DNA of 63,432 bases, counting the filler, from a bacterium (lineage in GTDB: Bacteria > JADJOY01): NCBI GenBank assembly GCA_046331705.1. It is 3 parts of 3 records of this genome, joined end to end, with 100 filler letters (N's around TTAATTAATTAA, not from the genome) between each part and the next. Parts side by side here need not be neighbours in the genome. Positions count along the whole stretch, not along the records: positions 1 to 24,159 come from JAXLQJ010000084.1; positions 24,260 to 47,193 come from JAXLQJ010000085.1; 1 more part is not named here. One strand, given 5' to 3'. Below are positions 19,678 to 29,228 of the stretch, piece after piece (the first letter of the stretch is position 1; every line of letters starts with the position of its first letter). A model generated the notes under the pieces. That model was not told the origin of the DNA, ran no database searches, and saw only the letters and a list, made by a program, of their open reading frames with translations. The position numbers and the translations under genes were made by a program.

Positions 19678-21210
19678 ATGCGCGACGCAATTCTGAGACG
19701 TGATTTTCTGCGCCTGGCCTCGGCGGCCGGCGCGGGGCTGTGGTTGGGCGGCTGTGGCAACGACCAATCGAACGGTGGCTCGGGCAACGCAGAGGTGGTC
19801 GTGCTCGGCGCAGGGATGGCCGGGCTCACGGCGGCATTCGAGCTGGTGAAGGCGGGTCACCGCGTGCTGGTCCTGGAGGCGCAGGAGCGGGTGGGCGGGC
19901 GCGTGCTCACCTCGCGCGGCTTTCCGGGAGGTGCGTACGGCGAGCTCGGAGCGACGCGGATCCCCGACGTGCACGAGCAGACGCTCGGCTACGTCGACGA
20001 GCTCGGGCTGACGCTCGAGGAATTCGATTCCGGCGACCCGCTCTACTACTTGAAGGGCAACCGCTTCGTGCACCACGACGGCGATGCCTACCCGCTCGAC
20101 CTCCTGCCCCTCGAGCAGGAAAAGGGTCTGGGGATGTGGGAGGACTACATCGCCGCGTATTTCGACGCATTCGGCAACGTGCGGGACGGGAGCTTTCCCG
20201 CGCCCGGCGCGATCGCCGCGTTCGACGAGCTGGTGTACGTCGACTTCCTGCGTCGAAACGGCGCCAGCGAGGATTGGCTCCGGCTCTACGGCGCGGATCA
20301 GGGCTCGGAGATCGCGAAGATCGGCACGCTGGCGTGGATGGTGCTCGAGGTCGCCGATCAGCTGTGGGACAAGACCTTCCACATCCAGGGCGGCAACGAT
20401 CGTCTGCCGGAGGCGCTCGCCGCACGGCTCGGCGATCGCATCCAGCTCGGCGCCGCGGTGCAGGCGATCGAGAACGGCGTGGATTCGGTGTCCGTCGTCT
20501 ACACGCAAGGCGGGAAGACGCGCCGTGTCGCCGCGGATCAGGTGGTGTGCACGCTGCCGTTCTCGATCCTGCGCGACATCCCGGTCACGCCGGGATTCTC
20601 CGCCGACAAGCAGCGGGTGATCGACGAGCTCTACATGATGCCGGCGTCGCGCGCCTGCTTGTCGACGCGAACGCGATTCTGGAAGGACGAGGGAATCGGC
20701 GGCCTCAAGATCGCCAAGACCGACTCGCCCATCGAGCGGCTGTGGGATCTGGGCTCGGCGGTGGGCGGCGAGACCGGCATGATCCAGGCCTACATGCAGT
20801 ACCAGAACGCCGAAGCCTTCGCGGCGGTCGCGCCGGCCGAGCGCCAGGAATACGCGCTCTCCCAGATCGAGGCGTTCTTCCCGCAGATTCGCGACGAGCT
20901 CACCGGCTACAGCGAGCACGTCTGGGGCGAGGACCCGTTCGTGAAGGGGGCGTGGACGGATTTGCTGCCCGGTCAGGCCGGTTTCTTCTCGATCCTCGGC
21001 GCCCCGGAAGGGCGCGTGCATTTCGCCGGCGAGCACACCTCGGTGTGGGCCGGGTGGATCCAGGGTGCGATCGAGTCCGGGAAGCGCGCCGCTCACGAGA
21101 TCGACTCTTCGATCTCGTTCCCCTATCCGCTCATCGATACGTCAGGCGGTGCTGCTCGTGCGATCGCGCGCGCCGCGCGACGACCCACGTACAAGTCCTG
21201 GACCCGCTGA
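19678..21210 (+). CDS. Flavin monoamine oxidase family protein with Tat-lipoprotein signal
   Basis: RRDFL + LGGC; GAGMAGL, EAQERVGGR, ELGA, HFAGEHT..WIQGAIESG. Confidence 0.92.
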   Translation: MRDAILRRDFLRLASAAGAGLWLGGCGNDQSNGGSGNAEVVVLGAGMAGLTAAFELVKAGHRVLVLEAQERVGGRVLTSRGFPGGAYGELGATRIPDVHEQTLGYVDELGLTLEEFDSGDPLYYLKGNRFVHHDGDAYPLDLLPLEQEKGLGMWEDYIAAYFDAFGNVRDGSFPAPGAIAAFDELVYVDFLRRNGASEDWLRLYGADQGSEIAKIGTLAWMVLEVADQLWDKTFHIQGGNDRLPEALAARLGDRIQLGAAVQAIENGVDSVSVVYTQGGKTRRVAADQVVCTLPFSILRDIPVTPGFSADKQRVIDELYMMPASRACLSTRTRFWKDEGIGGLKIAKTDSPIERLWDLGSAVGGETGMIQAYMQYQNAEAFAAVAPAERQEYALSQIEAFFPQIRDELTGYSEHVWGEDPFVKGAWTDLLPGQAGFFSILGAPEGRVHFAGEHTSVWAGWIQGAIESGKRAAHEIDSSISFPYPLIDTSGGAARAIARAARRPTYKSWTR

Positions 21211-21275
21211 GCGGGTCCGCGCGCGCTCCCCTGCCGCGGCCTCGGCTGCCGCGGCGTGGGAGCGCCGCTCGCCGA

Positions 21276-21665
21276 TCACGGCGCGGTGAGCTTCGGTATC
21301 ACCGCCGCCGGATCCCAGAACGCGCGCAGCGAGGCGATCCTCCCGGCCGCGTCGAGAACCACGACGTCGATGCCGTCGAAGCTCACGTCCACGCCGTTCT
21401 TGCCCCGGCCCTTCGCTTCCCACACCAGCCCGATCTCGTCGCCGCACGCGTGGACCCGCGTGGGGCGAAGCTCGATCGACGCGAGCATCCCGCCGAGCTG
21501 GGTCAGAAAGACTTCGACCTCCGCCGGGCCGCGCCGCACTCCGCCGCCCACGGGATCCTCCTGGAGCCCGTCCGGGGCGAAACAACTCGCGACGCCGTGG
21601 AAGTCGAGGCGGCACAGGCTGTCGAAATACGTTCGTAGCGTCGGGTGTAGCGTGGCATCCGTCAT
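21276..21665 (-). CDS. NTF2/SnoaL (ketosteroid isomerase-like) protein
   Basis: FAPDGLQEDPVG, GIDV..DAAGRIASLRAFWD. Confidence 0.85.
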   Translation of the reverse strand: MTDATLHPTLRTYFDSLCRLDFHGVASCFAPDGLQEDPVGGGVRRGPAEVEVFLTQLGGMLASIELRPTRVHACGDEIGLVWEAKGRGKNGVDVSFDGIDVVVLDAAGRIASLRAFWDPAAVIPKLTAP

Positions 21666-21754
21666 CGCGAGGCTCCTCTCGGTCGATCGTGTCGCCCCCT
21701 TCTACGCGCGTCGCCTTGCGCTGGATTTCCCGTGCGCCTGCGGCGCCGCCGCGC

Positions 21755-22687
21755 TCACCCCTTGAAGGTCGAGGGGCCGGGATCGCCGAAGGGCTCGTCG
21801 CGCTCGCGCACGGCCTGCCGGAAGCCGACCTCGGCGGCGCGCTGCTGGAAGGCGTAGCCCTCGCGGGTGTGGCGCGCCGCGCCGTCGAAGACCGTCCCCA
21901 GGATCTGCGTGGTGTGAAGCCCCTGCTGCATCACGGTCTGGTTGAGGACGAGCTTCATCATGACGAGCTGGTTGATGGGCATGCGGGCGATCCGCTGAAG
22001 CAGGACCTCGAAGCGCTCGTCGAGCTTCTCGGGCGGGGGCGCTTCGATGGCGAGCCCCCATTCGTGCGCCTCGCGACCCGAGAGGCAATCGCCGGTGAAG
22101 AGCAGGCGCTTGGCCTTCTCGATGCCGATGCGGTGAACCCACACCATGGTCGTCGGCACTCCCCAGACCCGCGCCGGCGGATAGCCGATCTTGGCGTCCT
22201 CGGCGATCACCAGCAGATCCGAGCACAGCGCCATGTCCGTTCCGCCCGCGACACAGAAGCCGTGGACCTTGCAGACCACGGGCTTGTCCGAGTGGAAGAG
22301 GCTCATGAAGCCGCGCACGTTGCGGCTCATCATCTGGTAGTCGACCACCGGGTCCCAGGTGTCGCCGGGCACGTGATTGGCGGCCTGCACCAGCGGGTCC
22401 ATGGGCGATCCGGCGGGCCAGAAGCTCACCTCGCGATCGCCGGTGAGCATCTTCTCCGCGGACGCCACCAGGTCGTAGCCGCCGCAGAAGCCCTTGCCGT
22501 TGCCGGCGAGCGCGATCACGTGGACGTGGGGATCGAGGTTGGCGCGCTCGACCGCCGCGGCGAGCTCGCGCGGCATGTCGAAGGTGATGCCGTTGCCGCG
22601 CTCGGGCCGGTCGAGGGTGATGCGCGCGATCCGTCCGTCGCGTGCGTACGTGAGCGTCTCGAAGCGATCGTCTGCGTCCGTGGCCAT
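21755..22687 (-). CDS. Crotonase/enoyl-CoA hydratase family protein
   Basis: ITLDRPERGN, GFCGGYDL, KPVVCKVHGFCVAGG; GGAGG RBS. Confidence 0.95.
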   Translation of the reverse strand: MATDADDRFETLTYARDGRIARITLDRPERGNGITFDMPRELAAAVERANLDPHVHVIALAGNGKGFCGGYDLVASAEKMLTGDREVSFWPAGSPMDPLVQAANHVPGDTWDPVVDYQMMSRNVRGFMSLFHSDKPVVCKVHGFCVAGGTDMALCSDLLVIAEDAKIGYPPARVWGVPTTMVWVHRIGIEKAKRLLFTGDCLSGREAHEWGLAIEAPPPEKLDERFEVLLQRIARMPINQLVMMKLVLNQTVMQQGLHTTQILGTVFDGAARHTREGYAFQQRAAEVGFRQAVRERDEPFGDPGPSTFKG

Positions 22688-22824
22688 GGCGCCTCCTCCG
22701 CGCGCCAATCTGGAGAGCGGGTCGGGCGCTTGTCGACCGCGGCGGCGTCGTCCTTCGAGTGGATGGTTGAGCGTGGGGAGCGGAGCTATCGTCGCTTCCG
22801 CCCGCCGCGCCGTGAGCCGTCCCG

Positions 22825-23448
22825 ATGAGCGCCCTCGCCATTCGCACGATCCTGACGCTCTTCGTGGTGCTCAATCCGGTGGGGTTGGCGCCGGTCTTCG
22901 TGGGGCTGGCGGGCTCGCGACCGGCTCGCGAGCAGGAGCGAATCGCGCGCAAGGCGGTGTTCGTCGCCGGCGGCGTGCTGATCTCGTTCTGGCTCGGCGG
23001 CTCGTGGTTGCTCGGCAAGCTCGGCATCACCCTCGACGCGTTCCGGTGCGCCGGCGGTCTGCTGCTCTTCCGCATCGCCGTGGGCATGCTCTTCGCGAAA
23101 GAGGAGCGGCGCACCGACGAGGAAGAGGAGGAAGCGCGGCTGCGCTCGGACATCGCCGTCTTCCCGCTCGGCATCCCGCTCATCGCCGGTCCGGGCGCGG
23201 TGGCGAGTGTCATGATTCTCTCGGGCGAGGCGTCTCAGTTCCGGTGGGGAACCCTGATCGTGCCGATCGCGGTGGCGCTGGTGCTGACCCTCAACTACTG
23301 GAGCCTCCGGATCTCCGGCTGGGTCACCGAGCTGATGGGGAAGACCGGCGTCAACGTCATCACCCGCGTCCTGGGCCTTCTGCTCGCGGCGCTCGCGGTC
23401 CAATACGTCGCCGACGGCGCCCGCCCGCTCTTGCACTTGTCCGGGTGA
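22825..23448 (+). CDS. MarC family integral membrane protein
   Basis: LFVVLNPVG, IAVFPLGIPLIAGPGA, TRVLGLLLAA. Confidence 0.93.
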   Translation: MSALAIRTILTLFVVLNPVGLAPVFVGLAGSRPAREQERIARKAVFVAGGVLISFWLGGSWLLGKLGITLDAFRCAGGLLLFRIAVGMLFAKEERRTDEEEEEARLRSDIAVFPLGIPLIAGPGAVASVMILSGEASQFRWGTLIVPIAVALVLTLNYWSLRISGWVTELMGKTGVNVITRVLGLLLAALAVQYVADGARPLLHLSG

Positions 23449-23543
23449 ACGTGAGCCCGGGGCGTGGCGCTCGCTGGGCGAAACCATCGACGCCTGCGGG
23501 ACGGCGGTAGACTCGCGGACGCGAGCTCGCGGAGGAGGCGATC

Positions 23544-24159
23544 ATGCCCCGGAGTCGGAACGCACGCGTGCAATCGAGCGACGAGGACGGCGACGCCGTG
23601 GTGCCGGTCGCCACGGGCTCGATCCTGAGCCCCTACACGCCCACCATCTACCTGCACGGCGAGCTCAACGCGATCGTCGCGCGCCAGTTCGTCGAAGCCG
23701 TCGAGATCCTCACCTACGAGCGCAAGGTGAGCGCGGCGGTGGTGGACATCGCGACGGATGGTGGGGACTATTTCGCGGTGAGCGTGATCTTGAGCGCCAT
23801 GGCGGGAAGCGCCATCGCGTTCTCGACCTACGCTTCCGGGCAGGCGTACTCGGCGGGGGCGTTGGTGTTGAGCGCGGGGAAGCCCGGCGCGCGCTTCATC
23901 AGCCCGTACGGCGCGGCGATGATCCACGGCATGCTGATCGCCGTTTCGGCGCAAGGCGTCGAGGACGCCGCCGGTCAGGCGCGCTTCGACGAGCGCTTGA
24001 ACGAATCGATGATGGCCACGTTCGCGAAGAACTGCGGCCTGAGTCGTGGGGAGCTGATGGAGCGCATCGCCAAGACCGGCGGACGGTGTCTCTGGCTCAC
24101 GCCCGAGGAAGCCCTGGCGATGAAGCTCGTGGACCACATCGGGATCCCGCACGTCACCA
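23544..24159 (+). CDS. ClpP-family (S14) protease-like protein, 3' end at contig break
   Basis: IYLHGE, TDGGD, AYSAG (Ser), MIHG (His), WLTPEEALAMKLVDHI. Confidence 0.8.
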
Positions 24160-24259
24160 NNNNNNNNNNNNNNNNNNNNNNNNNNNNNNNNNNNNNNNNN
24201 NNNTTAATTAATTAANNNNNNNNNNNNNNNNNNNNNNNNNNNNNNNNNNNNNNNNNNNN
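24160..24259. other. Artificial contig-joining linker (N44-TTAATTAATTAA-N44)
   Basis: N runs flanking a six-frame stop palindrome at 24204-24215. Confidence 0.98.
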
Positions 24260-24476
24260 CGGCACCGCCCGCACCGGGCCGTGCGGTTGCGCCGACGCCA
24301 CGTCACCCAGCCCCCGAATCACTCGCACCCCGAACCGAGGCGGGGCCAACTCACAACTCAGCGCGTGCTCCCTTCCGAGGGGAACTGCGCCCAGCGACTC
24401 CGAGCGCGCCCCCGGCGCGCCTCGGACCCGAGTCCCCGCCGGTCGCTGCGGAGCCTCTGCCGCGCGAACGCGCGCC

Positions 24477-24505
24477 TTGACGATCGTCGATCGGGTCTTT
24501 AGTGT
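24477..24505 (+). promoter_or_regulatory. Putative sigma70 promoter of leu leader/leuA
   Basis: TTGACG (24477-82), 17-nt spacer, TAGTGT (24500-05). Confidence 0.6.
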
Positions 24506-24515
24506 GGGGGCCGTC

Positions 24516-24590
24516 ATGAGCGCGTTCGCGATCTCCAACCTCGGTGCCCTCTCTCTCCTCCTTAGCGAGGCGGGGGAAGGGACCGCCTGA
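24516..24590 (+). CDS. Leucine-rich attenuator leader peptide (24 aa)
   Basis: MSAFAISNLGALSLLLSEAGEGTA*, between promoter and terminator, upstream of leuA. Confidence 0.75.
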   Translation: MSAFAISNLGALSLLLSEAGEGTA

Positions 24591-24631
24591 GCGAGGCCGC
24601 GAGCAAGCGCACGCGACGCACCCACTCAGCC

Positions 24632-24667
24632 AACCCTCTCCCGCCGAATCCGGCCGGAGAGGGTTTT
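24632..24667 (+). terminator. Attenuator terminator hairpin
   Basis: AACCCTCTCC..GGAGAGGGTT stem followed by a short T run. Confidence 0.75.
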
Positions 24668-24740
24668 GCGCTCCTGGGGCATGGGGCTCCAACGATCGCA
24701 CCGCCCACCGGCCGATTCCTCGGCGGAAAGGAGCGATGCG

Positions 24741-25949
24741 ATGTCCAGCCAGTCGAAGTCCACGCAGTCGAGCCCCGTCATCATCTTCGATACCACCCTG
24801 CGCGACGGCGAGCAGTCCGCGGGGGTCGCCTTCTCGCTCGCCGACAAGATCGAGATCGCCCGCGACCTGGCCGCGATGCGGGTGGACGTGATCGAGGTCG
24901 GCTTTCCGGCGGCCTCGCCCGCCGAGCACGAGGCCGTGGCGGCGATCGTGCGCGCGGTCCGCGGGGTTCGCGTCGCGGCGCTGGCGCGCGCCGTGGAGAG
25001 CGACGTCGACGCCGCCGGCGCGGCGCTCGAAGGCGCGGAGGCGCCGCGCATCCACGTGTTCTTGTCGGCGAGCGAGGTCCATCTGCGCCACCAATTGCGC
25101 AAGGACCGCGAGCAGGTGCTGCGCATGACCGACGCCATGGTGCGGCGCGCGCGTCGCTACACCGACGACGTGGAGTTCAGCCCGATGGACGCCACTCGCT
25201 CGGACGTGGCGTTCGTCGCGGAGGTGGTGCGCGTGGCGATTCGCGCCGGCGCGAGCACGATCAACGTGCCGGACACGGTGGGGTGGGTCACGCCGATGGT
25301 GCTGGCCGCGCGCATCGAGGAGCTGCGCCGGCGCGTGCCGGAGATCGACGCGGCGGTGATCTCGTTCCACGGCCACGACGATCTGGGCTTGGCCACCGCC
25401 AACGCGCTGGCGGCCGTCGGCGCGGGCGCGCGCCAGGTCGAGGTCACGGTGAACGGCATCGGCGAGCGCGCCGGCAACACGCCGTTGGAGGAAGTGGTGA
25501 TGGCGATCCACGTCCATGGCGAGGCGATGGGCGTCCACACCCACGTCGACACCCGCGGCATCCACCCGATCTCGCGCAAGGTCGCGGAACGCAGCGGCAT
25601 CGGAGTCGCGGCGAACAAGGCGGTCGTCGGCCGCAACGCCTTTCGGCACGCGTCGGGCATCCACCAGGACGGAGTCGTGAAGTTCCGCGAGACCTACGAG
25701 GTGCTGGATCCCGCCGCGGTCGGGAACGAGCGCGGCAGCGAGATCGTGCTGGGCAAGCTCTCGGGGCGCGCCGGCTTCCGTGCCCGCGCCGCCGAGCTGG
25801 GCATGGCGCTGGCCGATCACGAGCTGGACGCGGCGTTCGAGCGGTTCCAGGAGATCGCGGACCGCTCGCGCGAGGTCGGCGACGACGTGGTGCGCGAGAT
25901 CGTGCGCTTCGCGCGCGGCGAGGCGGAGTGTCATGCATCCGTGGCATGA
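24741..25949 (+). CDS. leuA: 2-isopropylmalate synthase, short form lacking the C-terminal regulatory domain
   Basis: IFDTTLRDGEQ, HGHDDLG, GIGERAGN, NKAVVG.NAF.HASGIHQDG, LGKLSGR; AGGAG RBS; Leu-rich leader. Confidence 0.9.
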   Translation: MSSQSKSTQSSPVIIFDTTLRDGEQSAGVAFSLADKIEIARDLAAMRVDVIEVGFPAASPAEHEAVAAIVRAVRGVRVAALARAVESDVDAAGAALEGAEAPRIHVFLSASEVHLRHQLRKDREQVLRMTDAMVRRARRYTDDVEFSPMDATRSDVAFVAEVVRVAIRAGASTINVPDTVGWVTPMVLAARIEELRRRVPEIDAAVISFHGHDDLGLATANALAAVGAGARQVEVTVNGIGERAGNTPLEEVVMAIHVHGEAMGVHTHVDTRGIHPISRKVAERSGIGVAANKAVVGRNAFRHASGIHQDGVVKFRETYEVLDPAAVGNERGSEIVLGKLSGRAGFRARAAELGMALADHELDAAFERFQEIADRSREVGDDVVREIVRFARGEAECHASVA

Positions 25950-26013
25950 TGCGCGGCGATCGTGCGGCGCGCGCCGTGCGAGCCGCACCACGATTCTTGG
26001 GGAGGTCCCCGCC

Positions 26014-28035
26014 GTGAGCGATTCGACCGCCGAGCTCCAGGCCTTGCTGTTGCGTCTCGAAGCGCGCTTCAGCGATCTCGAGCGTCGCTACGATGCGCTG
26101 CTTCGTCAGGTCGAGGGAGCGCCGCCGGCGGCGAGCGACGACGAGCCGCCGGATGCGGTCGAGCTGCTCGCCACCCTCGCGAACGGCAGCGACGAAGAAC
26201 GCCTGGACGCGGAAGCGCGGCTCGCCGCCCTCGGCCCCGAGGCGGTGGTGGGGCTCGCGGTGGGATTGGTCGATCGCCGCGCCGAGCTGCGCGCGAGCGC
26301 GGCGCAGGCGCTCGCCAAGCTGGGCGCCGCCGCGCGCGCGGCACTTCCCGGGCTGATCGCGGCGCTCAAGGATCCCGACGCCGACGTGCGGCGCGCCGCC
26401 GCGGCGGCGCTCGAGGCCCAGGGCCCGGCGGCGAAGGTGGCGGTGCCGGCGCTCGTGGAGATGAGCATCAAGGACGCCGACGGGGGCGCGCGCAGCCGCG
26501 CGGCGCTGGCGCTCGCGGCGATCGGCCCGGGAGTGCGGGCTGCCGTGCCCGCGCTCATCGGCGCCCTCGGCGATCCTGCCGCGGACGTGCGCCAGGGCGC
26601 GGCGCAGGTGCTCGGCGAGATCGGCCCGCCGGCGGAGGCGGCGCTCGGCGCGCTGGTCGTGGCGCTCAAGGACGAGAACTGGCGGGTGCGGCGCAGCGCC
26701 GCGTGGGCGCTCGCCGAGATCGGAGTCGAGGGCGACGGCGTCGTCGCTGCGTTGCTCGAGGCGGTGCGCGACAGCGAGTGGGGCGTGCGCAAGTCGGCAG
26801 CGTGGGCGTTGGGCCGCGTGCGCGGCGAGTCGAAGATGCTGGTTCCCGCGCTCGGCGAGCGGCTTCGCGACGAGGTCGCCGACGTGCGCTACTGGGCCGC
26901 GCAGGCGCTCGGCGACCTCGGTCCCCACGCGCGTGCCGCGGTGCCGTGGCTGATCGACGCGCTCAAGGACGTGGACCATCACGTGCGACGGCGCGCGGGG
27001 GAAGCGCTGGTTGCGATCGGTGCCGACGCGGTCGTGGGATTGGGCGCGGCGCTCAAGGACGACGCCCCGGAGGTGCGACAGGCGGCGGCGCAGGCGCTGG
27101 CGGAGATCGGACCGGCGGCCAAGGCCGCGGTCCCGGCGCTCATCGAAGCGGCGCTCACCGACCCCGACGTGGCCGCGCGCAGCCGCGCCGGCATGGCGCT
27201 CGGCGCCATCGGGCCCGCGGCGCGCAACGCGATCTTGCCGCTGGTCGAGGCGCTCAAGGACGAGCTCGGCGAGGTGCGGCAGGCGGCGGCCCGCGCGCTC
27301 GGGGACATCGGCCCGGTCGCGAAAGGCGCCGTGCCGGACCTGATCGAAGCGCTCAAGGACCCGCTCTGGAGCGTGCGGCGCAGCGCCGCGTGGGCGCTCG
27401 CCGAGATCGGACGCGAGGCCAAGGACGCGGTGCCGGCGCTCATCGAGGCGCTCCGGGATCGCGAGTGGGGCGTGCGCAAGTCCGCGGCCTGGGCGCTCGG
27501 CACGATCCATCCCGATCCGGCAGAGGCGGTGCCGGCGCTGATCGCGGCGCTGGGCGATTCGGCGAGTGACGTGCGCTACTGGGCCGCGCAAGCGCTCGGC
27601 CAGCTCGGCTCCGATGCGCGCGCGGCGCTGCCGGCGCTGGTCAAGGCGCTCGAGGACGCCGACGCGCACGTGCGCCGCCGCGCCGCTCAGGCGGTGGGCT
27701 CGCTCCACGCCGGCGCGGCGAGCGCCGTGCCCGCGCTGGTGCATTTGCTGGAGGACGCGGCGGTCGAGGTTCGCGTGGCGGCCGCCCAGGCCCTCGGCGA
27801 CGTCGGCGGAGAAGCGCACTCCGCCGTGCCCGCGCTCACCGACGCCCTCGGCGACGCGGCCACCGAGGTCCGGCAAGTGGCCGCCCAGGCGCTCGGTTCG
27901 ATCGGAGCGCAGGCCGCGTCGGCGATTCCCGCGCTCGATCACGCGCTTCAGGACGAGATCGCGTGGGTCCGGCAGGAAGCCGCGCAGGCGATCGAGCGGA
28001 TCCGCGCCACCGTGGGCGGCGGCGCCGTGACCTGA
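26014..28035 (+). CDS. HEAT/PBS-lyase repeat protein
   Basis: Many AVPALIxALxDxxxxVRxxAAxAL repeats; GGAGG RBS. Confidence 0.92.
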   Translation: MSDSTAELQALLLRLEARFSDLERRYDALLRQVEGAPPAASDDEPPDAVELLATLANGSDEERLDAEARLAALGPEAVVGLAVGLVDRRAELRASAAQALAKLGAAARAALPGLIAALKDPDADVRRAAAAALEAQGPAAKVAVPALVEMSIKDADGGARSRAALALAAIGPGVRAAVPALIGALGDPAADVRQGAAQVLGEIGPPAEAALGALVVALKDENWRVRRSAAWALAEIGVEGDGVVAALLEAVRDSEWGVRKSAAWALGRVRGESKMLVPALGERLRDEVADVRYWAAQALGDLGPHARAAVPWLIDALKDVDHHVRRRAGEALVAIGADAVVGLGAALKDDAPEVRQAAAQALAEIGPAAKAAVPALIEAALTDPDVAARSRAGMALGAIGPAARNAILPLVEALKDELGEVRQAAARALGDIGPVAKGAVPDLIEALKDPLWSVRRSAAWALAEIGREAKDAVPALIEALRDREWGVRKSAAWALGTIHPDPAEAVPALIAALGDSASDVRYWAAQALGQLGSDARAALPALVKALEDADAHVRRRAAQAVGSLHAGAASAVPALVHLLEDAAVEVRVAAAQALGDVGGEAHSAVPALTDALGDAATEVRQVAAQALGSIGAQAASAIPALDHALQDEIAWVRQEAAQAIERIRATVGGGAVT

Positions 28036-28106
28036 GCGGGCCGAGCGCGGCCCGAACGGAGCACGGACCGAGCGCGCGGGGGATCGGGGCCGCGCGCTAA
28101 CCTCGG

Positions 28107-29216
28107 GTGACCGTGCAATCGTCGGATTACCGGGTTCGTTATCTCGAGCGGACGCTCGCCGGGCGCTACGCGTTTCGGCGCTGGGTCGGTGAGGGCGGCT
28201 TCGCCGCGGTCTACGAGGTCGAGCACGTTCCCTCGGGACGCCGTGAGGCGCTCAAGATCCTGCTGCGCGATCACCGCGACGAGCAGGTCTTCGCGCGGCG
28301 CTTCGAGCGCGAGGCGCGCTTGGCGGCGAGCCTCGATCACCCCAACATCGTGTCGATCCACGAGTACGGGGATGCCCACGGCATCTTCTGGTACTCGATG
28401 CCGTTCATCGAAGGCGCGTCGCTGGCGAGCGTCCTCGCGCGCGGGCCGCTCGCGTGGTGGGAGGCCGTGGCCCTCGCGCTGCCGATCGTGGATGCGCTCC
28501 ACCATTGCCACGTGCGGGGCGTGGTCCATCGCGACGTGAAGCCCGAGAACGTGCTCGTCGGCACCGACGGCGAGCCGCATCTGATGGATTTCGGGTTGGC
28601 GAAATCGGCGCAGGACCCGGACCTCACGCGCAAGGGGCTCCTGGTGGGGACGCCCGCGTACGTCGCGCCCGAGCAACTCGCCGGAACGGGGGTGGATGGG
28701 CGCGCCGATCTCTACGCGGTCGGCGTGATGCTCTACGAGATGGTGAGCGGAGGGCTGCCGTTCGTCGCCGATGGTTCCACGAAGGCGCTGCTCGCGCGGC
28801 TCGAACAGGAGCCCACGCCCATCGCGGAGCGGGTCGTGGGGATCGCGCCGAGCCTCGCGCAGGCGATCCACACCGCGCTCGCACGCGAGCCCGCGGCGCG
28901 GTTCGCCGACGCCGCGACGATGCGCGCTGCGCTCGCGGAGCTGTTGCCTCACGACGGTGACGCCGAGTCCCGGCGCCGCGCGGCCGTGCGCGCCCGCGTC
29001 GAGGCGGCGCGTGACGCGCCGGCTCCCGACGAGTCACGATGCTCGACCACGGGAACGCTCACGATCGCAGATTCCCCGGTCGCGGCGCACCGAGGCAATC
29101 GGCGGCCGGTCGTCGCCGTGGCGCTGACGGCGATCGGCGGTCTGCTCGCCGCGCGGCTCGTCGCCGCGCTTCGCGAGAGTCGCGCGGCTCGCGCCCAGCC
29201 GCGACGCGAGCCGTGA
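28107..29216 (+). CDS. Hanks-type Ser/Thr protein kinase
   Basis: GEGGFAAV, ALK, HRDVKPEN, DFG, GTPAYVAPE, DLYAVG. Confidence 0.95.
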   Translation: MTVQSSDYRVRYLERTLAGRYAFRRWVGEGGFAAVYEVEHVPSGRREALKILLRDHRDEQVFARRFEREARLAASLDHPNIVSIHEYGDAHGIFWYSMPFIEGASLASVLARGPLAWWEAVALALPIVDALHHCHVRGVVHRDVKPENVLVGTDGEPHLMDFGLAKSAQDPDLTRKGLLVGTPAYVAPEQLAGTGVDGRADLYAVGVMLYEMVSGGLPFVADGSTKALLARLEQEPTPIAERVVGIAPSLAQAIHTALAREPAARFADAATMRAALAELLPHDGDAESRRRAAVRARVEAARDAPAPDESRCSTTGTLTIADSPVAAHRGNRRPVVAVALTAIGGLLAARLVAALRESRAARAQPRREP

Positions 29217-29228
29217 GGTGCGCTCGCC

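Noticed and set aside
24160-24259. TTAATTAATTAA palindrome in N runs (also 47194-47293) as a biological repeat
   Set aside because: Artificial six-frame-stop contig linker; synteny across it is meaningless.
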